The notes beneath the pieces were generated by a model. The model did not search any database, was not told the DNA's origin, and saw nothing but the letters and a program-made list of their open reading frames with translations. A DNA stretch of 64,000 nucleotides, taken from positions 744,001 through 808,000 of the forward strand of contig CBFDEM010000056.1 of the NCBI GenBank assembly GCA_965603825.1, given 5' to 3'. Shown piece after piece: positions 35,636 through 47,774 of this stretch. How positions within the stretch are numbered: the first letter of the stretch is position 1; each line of letters begins with the position of its first letter. This DNA comes from Blepharisma stoltei ATCC 30299. Taxonomy: Eukaryota; Protista; Ciliophora. The translations under genes were made by a program, and so were the position numbers.

Positions 35636-36055
35636 ATGGTAAGCGTCTCCTCCGACCTTCTCTGGGAACTCTTAAGAAACAACAACAAATATCTTATTCG
35701 TCGCCAAAACACTGATTTCTCAACTGACCCTTATAATCTTGTCAACATCCACAGCCAGAAATTCGCAGGGATCGCAAGCACAAGCGCAATTGGCGTAGCA
35801 ACCAGAAAGAAAGGTGAACCAGTTACTCTTAAAGCTAAAAAGCTCAGAAAATATGGACTTAAAGGCAAAACCCACCACGAAGAAAAAATCACAGTTAAGA
35901 AAGCAGGATATTCTGGAAAGGCAAAATCCACAATAGTCTCTTTAGTTGAAAACAGAAACCCAAGTCTCGCCAAAGCTGCTTCTGAAAGAATGCAAAAGCT
36001 TCACAGAAGTGAGCAGCCAAAGAAAACAATTACACGTAGAAACAGAAAAGCTTAA
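35636..36055 (+). CDS. RPL28: 60S ribosomal protein eL28
   Basis: SSDLLWELLRNNNKYL, FSTDPYNLVNIHS-x-KFAG. Confidence 0.93.
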   Translation: MVSVSSDLLWELLRNNNKYLIRRQNTDFSTDPYNLVNIHSQKFAGIASTSAIGVATRKKGEPVTLKAKKLRKYGLKGKTHHEEKITVKKAGYSGKAKSTIVSLVENRNPSLAKAASERMQKLHRSEQPKKTITRRNRKA

Positions 36056-36112
36056 TAATTTTATAAGCAGTTCATTTTCACAATAATGAATTAATTATGC
36101 AGCTATTATTAA

Positions 36113-37603
36113 TTAAGGCTGGAGTAATGGGCCTCAAGATATTTGTTTTTCCATAACAGATCTTCTTGAATTTGTGGGAAGGAAAAGCTCTATATAGGCT
36201 CCTTCTTTCGCTTTTTTGTCTTCATCTATTAGCCCTGGAGATTGAGAATCCTCCCTTGGAGATCTCAAAACTGACTTTCTCGTTTTTCTGTGAGGGAGAT
36301 TTCTGTTTTTTCAATCAACAATCTGGGATAGAAGCATCCCAATTTTTTCAACAGTTGAATGGCCCTCATGGAAATTTCCTCCAATTTCTCTGAATAGAGG
36401 CTCTAAACTTGGCCTTGGGGTCAGTCCTTCATATCCTGCAGCTGCACGTACAGAAAGATCTGATTTTTCTTTTAAAAGTTGAGAAATTCTTCTTTCAAGC
36501 TCATCATTTGACTCATAGGATTGCTTTAACTTGTACACAATTGTGGAATACCCTCCACTGACTTTTTCACATTTATCTTTAATCTTTTCGTAGTCAGCAT
36601 TTGCGACTCTCAACTGTTCACTTAGTTCAGCATTAGTCTGGCTCAATTTTTTTAGCTCATCATTTATATCACTATTTAAAAACTCTGCATCTTTTAACGC
36701 CTTCTTACATGTTTTTAATTTTGAGTCAAGTTCACTATTTTTGGATAATGCAATTTTAAGCTCTCTCATTTTCCTATCAAAATCGTCATTTAGCCTCTTA
36801 TAATCATCAGCTATATCTATATTTCCTTCTGATTTCCCATCAATCTTTCTTTGCAGCTCCTCAATTGTTTGATTTAAAGAAATAATTTCGTCAAAATTTT
36901 TCTTTTTGATTTCTTCGATATCTTTATGATATTGACGTTCTTTTTCTATATAGCCATCATTTATCTCATTCAAAATATCATATAAATAAGAATAAGGTAT
37001 ATATCCATCTAAATCACTAAGCGCATCTGTATGTTTTTCATATACTATTTCTAGTAACTTAGGCTTAACTTCATCTTTATTTGCAAAAACAGCTTTTTTG
37101 ATTTCATCAACTATGTATTTCATTTCTGCTTGGTATTTTCCTTCTTCATTTGATAAGATTTCTAACATTTTTAGTAGCAGTTTTAGCCTATTAATAGATT
37201 GGCCTGCATCGTACTGTTTTTGAGATGCAATAAGTTCCCTTAAAGCCTCGATAATGTCAGATTTTGTTTTTATAGAGGGAGAGTTGAAGTGATGATATTT
37301 AAATTCAGGCTCTGAAATTCGAAAGAAATGAACTGAGTTTAATGGCGTTTGGTTTCGATGTGGCAGCCAATGATCCAGGGCTGTAGAGGAGTGCTGAGAT
37401 AAGTCATTATGATCAAGCAATGCTATATATTTTTGGGATTTTAATTTGTTTAGTGCTGATCTTTCTGTCATTGCATGGGATGCCCGAGGTGATGATATAG
37501 CACTTGTGCATTTTAATAAGTCTTTTGCTGTCCCTGAATTTTTAATTTGATCTCGTAGATTCGGTAGTATCGGTGAAATTTTAGTATGCCTATGACTATC
37601 CAT
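36113..37603 (-). CDS. Coiled-coil protein, TSNAXIP1 N-terminal-like, 496 aa
   Basis: Long coiled coil ending in LTPRP. TGAs at 36311 and 36134 read through to TAA 36113-36115. Confidence 0.65.
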
Positions 37604-37769
37604 TATTTTAGATATGTATATTATTTTCAAAAATTTTACATTTATTTGAGATTATTTATTTAAATTTCAGTTTAACAGCTTAAAATATTTTATAATTACA
37701 TTTATGGATTAATTTCTATATAAGAAATTTAGTTAAGGCTAGTATTTGTATGCCTCAATAATTTTTTTA

Positions 37770-38183
37770 TTAAGGCGGGGCTGAGATTGTACCTTGATGT
37801 GAACGAAGTCTTCGAACCTTTCTAAGATAATTTGGCGAGTTTACCCCATTAGATATATCAGGTTCATTTTCTTTTAATGGAGCTAAAAGTGGATTCCTTT
37901 GAAAATTCTCTTCTTTTAAGCATAAATATGTACACAAACAAACACAGCAGCACAAAGGAACGAGAGCTATAAGTAGAAGCGCTCCAATAAAAATTTTTCA
38001 CCACTCTAAATCGAAAAGTCTTTCTCTGCTTTTACTTTGCTTTTCAGCAGTGTCATCATTGTCTAAAATATCTAGGTCTTCTGGGTCCTGCATGCTATCT
38101 TCATTGATGGCATCTCGGATTGCATTACTATGTGTAAAAGTTATAAGTACAAATAAGCAACAAACGTACAATAATCTGGCCAT
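37770..38183 (-). CDS. Small type I membrane protein with juxtamembrane Cys cluster, 137 aa
   Basis: Signal peptide, acidic lumenal part, W-W(TGA 37998)KIFIGALLLIALVPL, CCCVCLC. Confidence 0.75.
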
Positions 38184-38405
38184 AAGCGATAAGATGTTCT
38201 TTATTATAAATGGGAGCGCACTTAAAAGCTTATTTTTGGATTGTGTCAGCAGAAAAAATAATTGTAAATATAATCCAAAAAATATTTATGAAAAAAGTTA
38301 CTAGAAATTATTAAAGAAAAAATCTGTATAAAATCCATATAATAAAATTTCATAAATTTTACTACAAATACTAATTTTACCTTCTCTATTAACAGCAGCG
38401 ATTAA

Positions 38406-38975
38406 CTAAACTTTTTCTGCAATAAGTGGCGAATTTGATCCTCCACTTTGTAAGCTGTCTATATGCACACTTTTAACCCCCGCAGTCCTCAGTCTTTTAA
38501 TAAACATAATAACCCTAATCAAAGTAACTAGATTTCTCACAGCTAAAATAATATTTCCAGCTACCCCTGGCAAGTTATCGTGCCTTTCGAAATCCACATA
38601 AAAAGTAATCACAATTGCTACAGCAGAAGCCACAGTCAAAATCAAATCAATGATATTTACCCACGTTTTAAAAAACCACGCAAACCCAAATATATAGAGC
38701 CTTGCCACTAATTCCAAAATAACAGCAACTGCTATGATCCATTCAAGAATGACAAACCAAAGAGGATCTATTTAGCTTTTACCTTCAAAGTGCCCGTATT
38801 CAATAATAATCCATACAGTCATAATCAGACATAGAACGATCAAAAAGACATAGAGGATTTGTGTAAATTTTGAAAAATAAATACTTTTCACGCAGTTTTG
38901 GCAACTGCTTGTTTCGTTTACTGTTAATCTTGTGGCAAGCGTGGGTTTTGGAGTGAGCCTTTCGTTTGGTTCCAT
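38406..38975 (-). CDS. Stand-alone voltage-sensor-like (S1-S4) membrane protein, 184 aa, one intron
   Basis: Four TM helices; S2 LELVAR, S3 WVNIID, basic S4 RNLVTLIRVIMFIKRLR. Intron 38768-38782. Confidence 0.72.
38768..38782 (-). other. 15-nt intron
   Basis: gtaaaagctaaatag; removes an in-frame TAA and joins two ORFs. Confidence 0.9.
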
Positions 38976-39139
38976 TTATTAAATGTTTTCATGAATAACT
39001 TTAAATTATAGCATTCTAGCAGATTTACGAGCTATTAATTATTATACTGGCAAGCTAATTGCTTTTCTCATATAAAAATAGCTCATAGATTCACGAACGG
39101 TATTGCTTATTATATTAAGCTTAAATCAAATTTTATAAT

Positions 39140-42100
39140 ATGAAAAGCTTAAGAGATAAAAATCCAACTTTATTTTCTTCGCTTGCAAGCAGCATTAATG
39201 TTGAGCAAGGATATGAAGGCACTGTACAGAAATTAAACAACAGCAAGTTTTTCTTTAATCGAAGATACCTTGTTGTAAAAAATGGGCTAATTTCTTATTT
39301 CAGAAACCCTCCAAGCGAAGGCATCCCCACAACTCCCAACAAAACCCCTCCAATGCCCAAAGCAAAAGTCCACGCAATCGACTGCGAAATTAAACGAGTA
39401 GACCCTGAATACTCCAAAAAAAAGAAAAAGCCCTTCATGTTTCAAATTTCATTTTGGGTTGCTCAAGGCAAAAAGCCCAAAAGAATTATGTGAATTTTCG
39501 CAGTCGAAACAGAGATGATTTTAAATACCTGGCTAGATTTTCTACAACGTGCAAGACATCCTATAAATGAAAGTGAGGAAGAGCAAGGGTTTCAATACGA
39601 ACTGCCTGAAGACAATTCAGAAAACGAAGATGAAAATGAAGAAGAAAAACTAAAAGAAATGGAAAAAATCAACCAAGAAAAGCTGAGGGCTGAGAAACTT
39701 AAAGCTGAACAAGAAGAAAATTTCAAAAGGAGCTTGGAGCTGGAAAAGAGAAAAGCAAGACAGAGGGAAAAAGAAAAAGAAGAAAATAGGAAGAAAATGG
39801 AAATTGAATATGAGCTGCAAAGACTGCAAGAAGAAGCTGATAAAAAGAAAAAAGAAGAGCTGGAAAATCAGAGGAAGGAAAGGTTTAGAAAGCTGCTGGA
39901 ATATTCGTGGGATTATAGGTTTCAAAATTTGTGAAGTAGAGTGTTAGGGTCAAGAGATGACTATGAACAAAATTTGACGTACGGAATAAGACTGTTTAAG
40001 CATTTAGGAGTTTTTGAGCAAAAAGCTGTGCAAGCGAGTAAAGCTATAATTGATGAGCTGTACCAGCCAAAAACAAAAAGAAGAATCCAGCCTCTTTCAG
40101 ACTCTCTAGTGCCTATGTATATTTATCAAAACATGATATTCCGCTTAACATGAGACCAAGAAGACAGTAATTCTTGCAAGCTATTTGGGCATGAATTTCG
40201 TGCCTCTGATATGCTTCTTGATGCTCTATTTTTACTAGGTAGAAAAGAGCAAACATTTCACTTGCGAGTTCCTTTAACTTCTGTTATTGACTACAAAGGA
40301 TTTCGGATGCTCGTTATTGCTTTGTCACCATTAGACGGTGACAGAACCTTAATTCATGGGCCAAGCTCAGAAGGTGTATATCATGCCTCTTTGCCTATTT
40401 ACGACTATTTGTCATGAATAGCCCAAGTCTTAAATCTAAAAGAACACAAATTTGAATGAGATGAAAGAATAGCTCCTGCTTATGTCCATTTAAGCGTTTT
40501 CACACAAGTCCATAAAAGTTTAGGTTATAAAGAACTAGAAGAATATGTCAAAGAAAGCATGGGCTCAGATTCTCCTGAAGAAGTGACTAGTGAAGACCAT
40601 ATGTACATGGTAAAATTATCTGATTTATTGCCTATTGATATTGATATAAATAAATCTGATCCTGATTTTTCACAGCGACTAAGGCCGGAATTTATATGTG
40701 ACTTTGAAAATCCACTATCTGCAGATGCTTTTATTAATAGTTCTGAAGAAAATGCGAACCAAGAAGACATAGAAGTAGCTGAGGCTAGTAGATATTTGAA
40801 AACAGCTAAAATTCCTGAGCTAATTGAGCTGTTGGATTCTTTGAGCATTATGCCGATTGATTCGAAATCAATGACACAAGCTTTGCATAGTAATGGGATT
40901 AATATAAGATATTTAGGAATAATATCAGAGCAGACAAGTCTGCCGCATATTAAAGATATAGCAACTGTAGAAATTGTAGCAAGAACTTGTAAGCATTTAT
41001 TGTTTCAACAGTTAGCAGAACTAATGCTTGAGTCTAGCGATTTGTCTCCGGAGAGAAAAGCAACAGATATTGGAGAAGATAAATTAATGGGCACTTTAGG
41101 CACAAAAACTGTTGAAGGCAATTATTTAGATGAAGCTAGCGAAAAAATTAAAGATGATATTGAAAAAGCTGCATCCTTATCGTATCATCAAAGTATTCCA
41201 TTTAGGAAAAGAGCTTTCACAAAAATGATAGCAGTCTCTTTACAAATGCCTATACAAGAGACTCTAGCTGATTCTCATAGAATTGATCCCGTTTCTCCAA
41301 GATCTCACATAAGAATGGATGCTTCTATAAAGGAATGCGTCGTTGACTATTTAAACTTGGTTTTTGGCAGCGGAGAAGAAAGTGATTTATTCTGGGATGG
41401 GATTTTACTCCCAAAAGCTTCCAAAAATTTCAACATCAGTGAAACAACTTTAACAAAAAGCCAAATAAACCTCCATGCACTTTTACATGCCGTCTGCTAT
41501 CATTGCGGCCTTAATTTAACATTCTATAAAGAAACTGAGCTTGGAAAAGCAGAAAACCCCTTTGTTTTACAAAATCTCGATAAAATAAATGAAAAAGTTA
41601 AAATGTTTTCTATGAAAAATGTAGAGTACAAAATTTTGGCTGAAAAATATTTAGAGTATAAAGATGCAAAAAACCACGGTTTATCCTTACAAACTTGCAA
41701 TTTAAAACTAAGAATAAGCAAAGCTCTGAGTTCAGATCCAGAGTATTTAGGAGATCCTGCACTTTTAGCTGATATTGGAGAAATCCTTTTAGAGACTGGG
41801 GATGCAGAAAATGCAGTTAAAAAAGCAAAAGAAGCCCTAATTCAAGTGCATCCTTTGCATTCAGAAAGCGTAAAAAGTTGGTGTGTATTAATGAGAGCTC
41901 TTTTTCAAAAAAATATGATGGATGAAGCGCTGCAGTGCTTTGATAATGCGTTAAATGCTCTTGATTACCATTGGGGTCCTTATCATCCTTTGCATTCTAC
42001 TATCTACTCTATTTTAGCCTTTTTGTATATGCAGAGGCAAAATTATGATGATTCACTTATTCTCTATAAAAATTCACTTATGTGCTGCTTAAGGGTTTTA

Positions 42101-42886
42101 GGTCCAAATCACCCGCATACAGCTGAAGTTTATATGGAGCTTGGGAATCTTTATATTAGGATTGAAGACCAAGCTGAAGCGTTGGCTGCTTTTGAAAAAG
42201 GATATTCTATATATGAAGCATCAATAGGTAAAAATTCAATAATCACAGTAAATGCAGGAACACAATTAGCCCAATTATTGATAAACCAAGGAAGATATGA
42301 CCAAGCGAAGCCAATAATTTCTCATTGTTGTGAAGTCCATGAGCTTATAATTGAAGAGCTTGGTCGTGATAAAGACCCAGAAAACTCAGTTAAAATAGCT
42401 CATCATTATGATAAGCTTTATGAAATTTTAGCCCTTGGACTGACACTTGCATTAGCAATATTAAATTATAGCTTAGTTTTAGTGTATTGTGAAAGACTAT
42501 GAGAAGTATTAGAAATAAGAAATGAAGAGACTGATAAGGAAATCATTGGAAGGGTTTTAAAGTTTGCACTTGAAGCAAAATTGAAGCTGTTAATACCTGA
42601 TAAAAAAAATCTAATTTTGAGTGCTTTATTGAAAGAAGAAGAGAATACTGACCAAGAAGAAGTATATAAATATGTTGAAGAAATTAATAGCCATAAATAT
42701 ATGGAAAGGACTAGAAAAGATGGAGGACTATGCAGACATGTTGATAAGTTGATTGAAGAAACTGTAAGTTTAGAAAGAAAAAGAGGAAGAATTATGGCTA
42801 CTGATGATAATATTAGATTGAGAAAAGCTGTAGAAGAATTGCAAGGAATATTAGAAGTTGTAGGACCAGAAGTTCTTGATTTATAA
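39140..42886 (+). CDS. PH - coiled coil - CLU domain - TPR protein (clueless/CLUH-like), 1248 aa
   Basis: PH-like N-terminus; VIDYKGFR, RLRPE, LHSNGINIRYLG, EIVARTCK, LGPNHPHTA. Six in-frame TGAs (39491, 39932, 40151, 40415, 40457, 42500). Confidence 0.85.
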
Positions 42887-43321
42887 TAATTATTACAAAT
42901 TGTCTATTTATCCTTTAGCTTTTTCTTTTTAATAAATAATTTCTGCTTCATTAGCCTACCAGCTTATTGCTTGAGATCAGATTTTTTATTTAGCTCGTTT
43001 CCGTTAAGATAAAATAGTATTTTTATTGCATTAGAATCTCTGAAAGTGACTATAAACTTTATTTCTATATTGCCCTTCAATTTTGTATCAAAATATTTGG
43101 CACATAAGGATCTGAATTAAATCGCACTAATTGAAGAATCATCATAAATTCCAATTCAAAATATAATAGGAGTTGCAGAGTAATCTCATAAACTCTGCTG
43201 CAACTTTGTTAAACTTACTTGGTAAGACATATTCATAAATATGAGATAACAATTTGAGACCTCAAACTATATCTTTAATGCAACTTTAATTTCTCCTATA
43301 CAATCGTTAGCTTTATTAACA

Positions 43322-43669
43322 TTAATTATAAACTGGCCTAAAGAACTCCTTTGGCCCTGATAATTCTCCTTCGACTAAGCTTCCATACAAAGAATGAGGT
43401 GTTGATATGAGAAAAGCATTTTCAAATTCGCCCCTCATAAGTGAACCTCTAAGAGAGTTGATGGAGAGCGTTGATAAGGATCTCATGTGGGAAGAAGTCT
43501 TGCTCATGAGTTTTCCTGATGTGACTTGAGAATTATTTTGTGATGATAAACTTATGTCATCAAATTCCTCTTCAAAAGGTTTCTTAAAATCGTGTTGATC
43601 TTGGTCCACAATGTTATCAATTTGAATTAATTCTCCTTTATCGAGTTTTCTACACTGACAGCAGCCCAT
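43322..43669 (-). CDS. Small putatively myristoylated/palmitoylated protein, 115 aa
   Basis: MGCCQC N-terminus, ATG..TAA. Confidence 0.65.
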   Translation of the reverse strand: MGCCQCRKLDKGELIQIDNIVDQDQHDFKKPFEEEFDDISLSSQNNSQVTSGKLMSKTSSHMRSLSTLSINSLRGSLMRGEFENAFLISTPHSLYGSLVEGELSGPKEFFRPVYN

Positions 43670-43885
43670 TATTTTAATATTTGTCTATTTTATTACGTTA
43701 TGGGTGGAAGATTTCATATTTGATAGGAATTGTGAAGAGAAAAAAATAAAGCATTGAATTTTAATAGATAATTTGCATTTAAAATGATGATCTTTCTATA
43801 TTCGAAAATTTAGTCATATAGCGGCAATATCAATATTATATTTTAATAAATTTTATTATAAATTAGAATTTTTATAATAAAATAG

Positions 43886-44452
43886 TTAATATTGCTGAAC
43901 TATAAGGTCATCAAAGGCAATATCACCAGCTGAAAAATACTCTGAGTTAAAATCATCAGGTATCCAATCAATCGTTTGCTCAAATTCTTCATGATATGGA
44001 TCTGATAAAATTTCTAACACATTTTCATATCCACTAACCCCTCCACTATCTTCCAGCGGGCAACGCCTACAGCCTTCCAAACATATCGGATACTTCTTTC
44101 CTTGCTCTGGAATAAATATACCCTCGAATTCGATTAAATGTTCCCATCAATCTCCATAGTCATAAGTAAATATCGCATTTATGTTTTGAAAAGAAAAATA
44201 ATCTTTGATTATTTCGTTTTCTTCATAATGTTTGGAATAGAAATGCATTGAAATAGTGCATCTTCTTCAATTTATTGGATTTCTTAACTTAAAATCATGT
44301 GTATGGTAGTCTAGCCAGCCCATTGAATCAATAATCGCTTGGCTAAATTCTCCAAATGTGAAATCGCTTGGGACTAAAATTCTTCTCCATATTGGAGGTC
44401 TTGAGCCAATTAAAGTGATCTTGAATTGAAAAAGGTGATGTTGAGAATTCAT
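43886..44452 (-). CDS. Plasmid pRiA4b ORF-3 family protein, 188 aa
   Basis: FKITLIGSRPPIWRRILVP, MGWLDYHTHDF, YDYGDWWEH, YPICLEGCRRCPLEDSGGVSGY. TGAs at 44267 and 44147 join two ORFs. Confidence 0.88.
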
Positions 44453-44621
44453 TTTAAAAATTAAATGGCGCCTGAAATTATATGATGAAAAATTTATAAA
44501 TTCTGCTATGTGCTATGCATCTTTATATAATTTTTTCTTTAAAAAAATTAACCTTCATTTGAAACAAAAGTCTTGCTTGCTAGTCAGAGGGGGTTGCTTC
44601 ATATGAGAATTCATCGTAGTT

Positions 44622-45040
44622 TTAAAAAGTGTAAAAATTATCAGTAAAAATCTCAATTGATGCTTTATGATGGCAATCTCTTGAATAGCAATACTCTATT
44701 AGAGCTTCAACATCAATTCAAGAGCAACTTTCTGGAGATATGTTCCACTTGCATTTAAGTAGGGGGCAATGCTTGAGTTCTTTTCTAAATATATTACTTT
44801 AAAATTTCTGGAATAAATTTAATCGTCAATAGGCATAAATTGCTGAAATATTGTTAGAAGAAAATATATTTGTATAATGTTTCATTTTCTTTCATAAAGC
44901 CAACTGATATCTTTTTAAGTTTATCTTTTCTAAATATAAGGCATTACTCATAATGGCATATCTAAATTCTTCAAATGTAGAAATTTCTAGAGTTTGAGCT
45001 TTTCTTTATTTTGAAAAAGAACTTTAAAGATTAATTTAAA
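44622..45040 (-). pseudogene. Possible decayed gene relic
   Basis: Two protein-like minus-strand segments broken by TAA stops, with no usable start. Confidence 0.25.
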
Positions 45041-45404
45041 TTTTCCAATTTCCCATTTTTAACCCATTTATTCTATCTTATTGTTCTAATATATAAGATA
45101 ATGCTCGTAATTATATAAAAGTTAATTTTCTAGTATAATATATGCTCTATTGTTAATTCTAGCTTAAAAAATATGTTGATTTGAGCTTTTGTAATTATTT
45201 ATATTATTTACACCTAATCTTCAGCAGCTTTAAGCTTAAAGAAAATTGGCTTTTGTACATTAAATTTATCATAAGAGAGATACATGAGATATATATTTTT
45301 TTGAATAATATTTATATTAACTTATCCAATAATGTGTTTTCTATCTTAAGATTTCTATTAGTTGAGGAAAATATGGTAATAAATTTGCTTAGTAGCCAAG
45401 CCAT

Positions 45405-46778
45405 ATGACAGATCTAAATTCTACATCACAAGAAGAATCCGAGCTTTCTCAAGACCTTCCAAAAATTCCTTCCATAAATCAATCATATCCCAACCACGAC
45501 GCCGATCTAAAAGTGTTTTGAGAAGAAAAGAAATCATCATTTATCAAATTAAAATTATGAGAAGACGAAAGAAGTAAGTTTTATTCAGTGAGTCAAGCAT
45601 CCAAACATCGAACGTTATTAGAATGCATTTTAGGCAGAATAATGCAAAAAGCCAACATAGGGAGAGAAGCAAACCTAGCAACAGCTAAATTTTTAAAAGA
45701 AAGGGCACAAGCTGATCTTCAATATGCTGATATCTTGAGAAGTCAACTAATTTATCTCCCAACTCCAACTGCACACATGACAAATAATTCATTAAAATCA
45801 GGGCTTGCATCAGTAAATGCAGTCCAAAATGCACTTTTGGCTAAACTCAAAGATTTTTCTCAGCATATAGAACTGTAAATTTTATTTAGTGATTTGCTGA
45901 AAAATGACCTTGCAGAAGTATTAATAAATTATGACTCAAAAATTATTGAATTTCATAATAGAGCAGAAATACTGAAAAAAGAGCTTGATTTTTTGAATGA
46001 AAAAACTATAAAAAGTTTCAAAGAGCACGCTACAGTTTTCAGATCAGCAGAAATCCAGCTCAGTTCTAATGGTTTGGTAACTTCTTGCTCATGGCTTTCT
46101 GAGACAAGATATTTAAAACAGTCAAATTTCCAACTTCAGCTGCAAGGTGCTTTTGCTGTATTTGTGAGCAGCTTCTGAAAAGAAACTTTAGAGCTAGAAC
46201 TGCAAAGAATTAAAGCAATTAAATCTACAATGAAAAAGTTTATTGAGTATGAGCAAGAAGTTTTTAACCTCAACTCAGAAGAAGCCCTTCAGTCCTTAGA
46301 AGATATTTCAGAGGATTTATCAAAAACTATGGACAGCTACAAACTTCTTACTCCAAGTGAGTTCGAAATCCTAAGAGAGCTGGCAGGACCTGATGAGCCT
46401 TTAGAAGCTTTAATTAACTGGAAGCTAGAAATACCAAAAGGGATGAGCCTAATTGTGAGGGAAGGCAAATTATCAAGAGAAGCTGGAGTATTTAGGCATT
46501 GAAACAGCTGTTATGTGGTGGCTACAAGTGATAGATTTTTGCATATATTTGCAGATGTGATTTCTGAGGAATTTGTTGAACCATTAATATCGATCTTTTT
46601 AATGGGAGCAAAAATTTTACCATCGAAAACACATGAGGAATATTTTATTGAAATTATTGAAGCTAAATCTCAAGGATTTTTTGGAATGTTGAGTGCGCCA
46701 AGGAGGACAATGCTCTACACAAATAATCTTGAAGAGATGCAGGATTGGGTGAGTACTCTTAATATGCTCATAAAATAA
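45405..46778 (+). CDS. F-BAR (FCH) + PH domain protein (Slm1-like architecture), ~452 aa
   Basis: FLKERAQADLQYA; PH IVREGKLSR..FRHW(TGA)..FLHIF..EMQDWV. Four TGAs; intron 45875-45889. Confidence 0.8.
45875..45889 (+). other. 15-nt intron
   Basis: gtaaattttatttag; removes an in-frame TAA. Confidence 0.9.
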
Positions 46779-46870
46779 TTGAAAATAGCTTTTGATCATA
46801 TTATGGTTTTGTAAAATAGAGCCTAATATAAGCATGGCTAAATTAATATCTCCTCCAATATCAAATCGAA

Positions 46871-46986
46871 GGCTAAATAGCTAGCTTATGCTTATTTAAG
46901 TCGGCTTCTCAAATGGTAATCACCCAGCACCAAGTGAGTCTATGTTTGGGAAGTTGGCCTAGCTAGCATAAATGAATTATTTAGCT
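46871..46986 (+). ncRNA. Candidate structured RNA: long G-U-rich hairpin, family unknown
   Basis: Three nested stems (10, 7 and 16 bp) with 8 G-U pairs, in intergenic DNA. Confidence 0.5.
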
Positions 46987-47123
46987 CCTCTTTAGGCATC
47001 AGAAAGCATCGTATAGCTCAGCTGCTATCAAAATAGTGCTATATGTAATTTTATTATTCTAGACATTATTGCTTTATTTTCTTATCCACATTTCCTAAAC
47101 TTATAATTTTTTTGCTTTCCTCA

Positions 47124-47774
47124 ATGGAAACTAATATCCAGAACCTTCTTAGCTTAGATGAGCACGGCGGTCTCTTTTTTGTTGACACAAATCCAGAAAC
47201 TTCTTCTCCTTCACCTACAGACTCTCCGAAGCCTCGCGATCCCCTCATGGAAGATTTCAAATCAAATGGCCGCTACTACGAAGACCCAAACCCTCTCATA
47301 AAGTGTTTTAATTGCAACGAGTTTGGCCATATGTCCAATTCTTGTCAAAGTATGTCATACAAGTTCAGGTGCAACTATTGTGGTGAACTTGGACATACCG
47401 CGTATTCTTGCACCCAAATAGTTTGTCATCGGTGCCTGAATGTTGGACATAAAATAAACCAATGCCGGGCCGATACAAATGATAAGTGTGGGATATGCAG
47501 AAGAGCAGGACATAGGCCTAGGGTTTGCATGCTGAGAGATAAACCATTAGAAGATTCACAACTAGCAAAATTGACTTGTTTGAATTGCGGGGAAATTGGG
47601 CATACAAATTGCTACGAGCTTGAAAGCTACTCAAAAACAGTCTACTGCTGTAAATGCGCAGAAAAAGGACATCTGTGGGATGAATGTGATAGGAAAAGAA
47701 ATAGAGAGGTGGAGGAGGATCGGAGAAAAGAGAATGAAGGACGAAAAAAACAAAAAATAGATAGTTTGTTTTAG
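47124..47774 (+). CDS. CCHC zinc-knuckle protein, Air1/Air2/ZCCHC7-like
   Basis: GRYY followed by multiple C-x2-C-x4-H-x4-C knuckles. Confidence 0.8.
   Translation: METNIQNLLSLDEHGGLFFVDTNPETSSPSPTDSPKPRDPLMEDFKSNGRYYEDPNPLIKCFNCNEFGHMSNSCQSMSYKFRCNYCGELGHTAYSCTQIVCHRCLNVGHKINQCRADTNDKCGICRRAGHRPRVCMLRDKPLEDSQLAKLTCLNCGEIGHTNCYELESYSKTVYCCKCAEKGHLWDECDRKRNREVEEDRRKENEGRKKQKIDSLF

Noticed and set aside
43171-43206. Short inverted repeat AGTTGCAGAGT..ACTCTGCTGCAACT
   Set aside because: Isolated hairpin between convergent genes, with no box motifs or further support.
45574-45588. Extra 15-nt intron gtaagttttattcag in the F-BAR gene
   Set aside because: Has A10 but ends CAG, and the frame is open either way; cannot be decided without RNA data.
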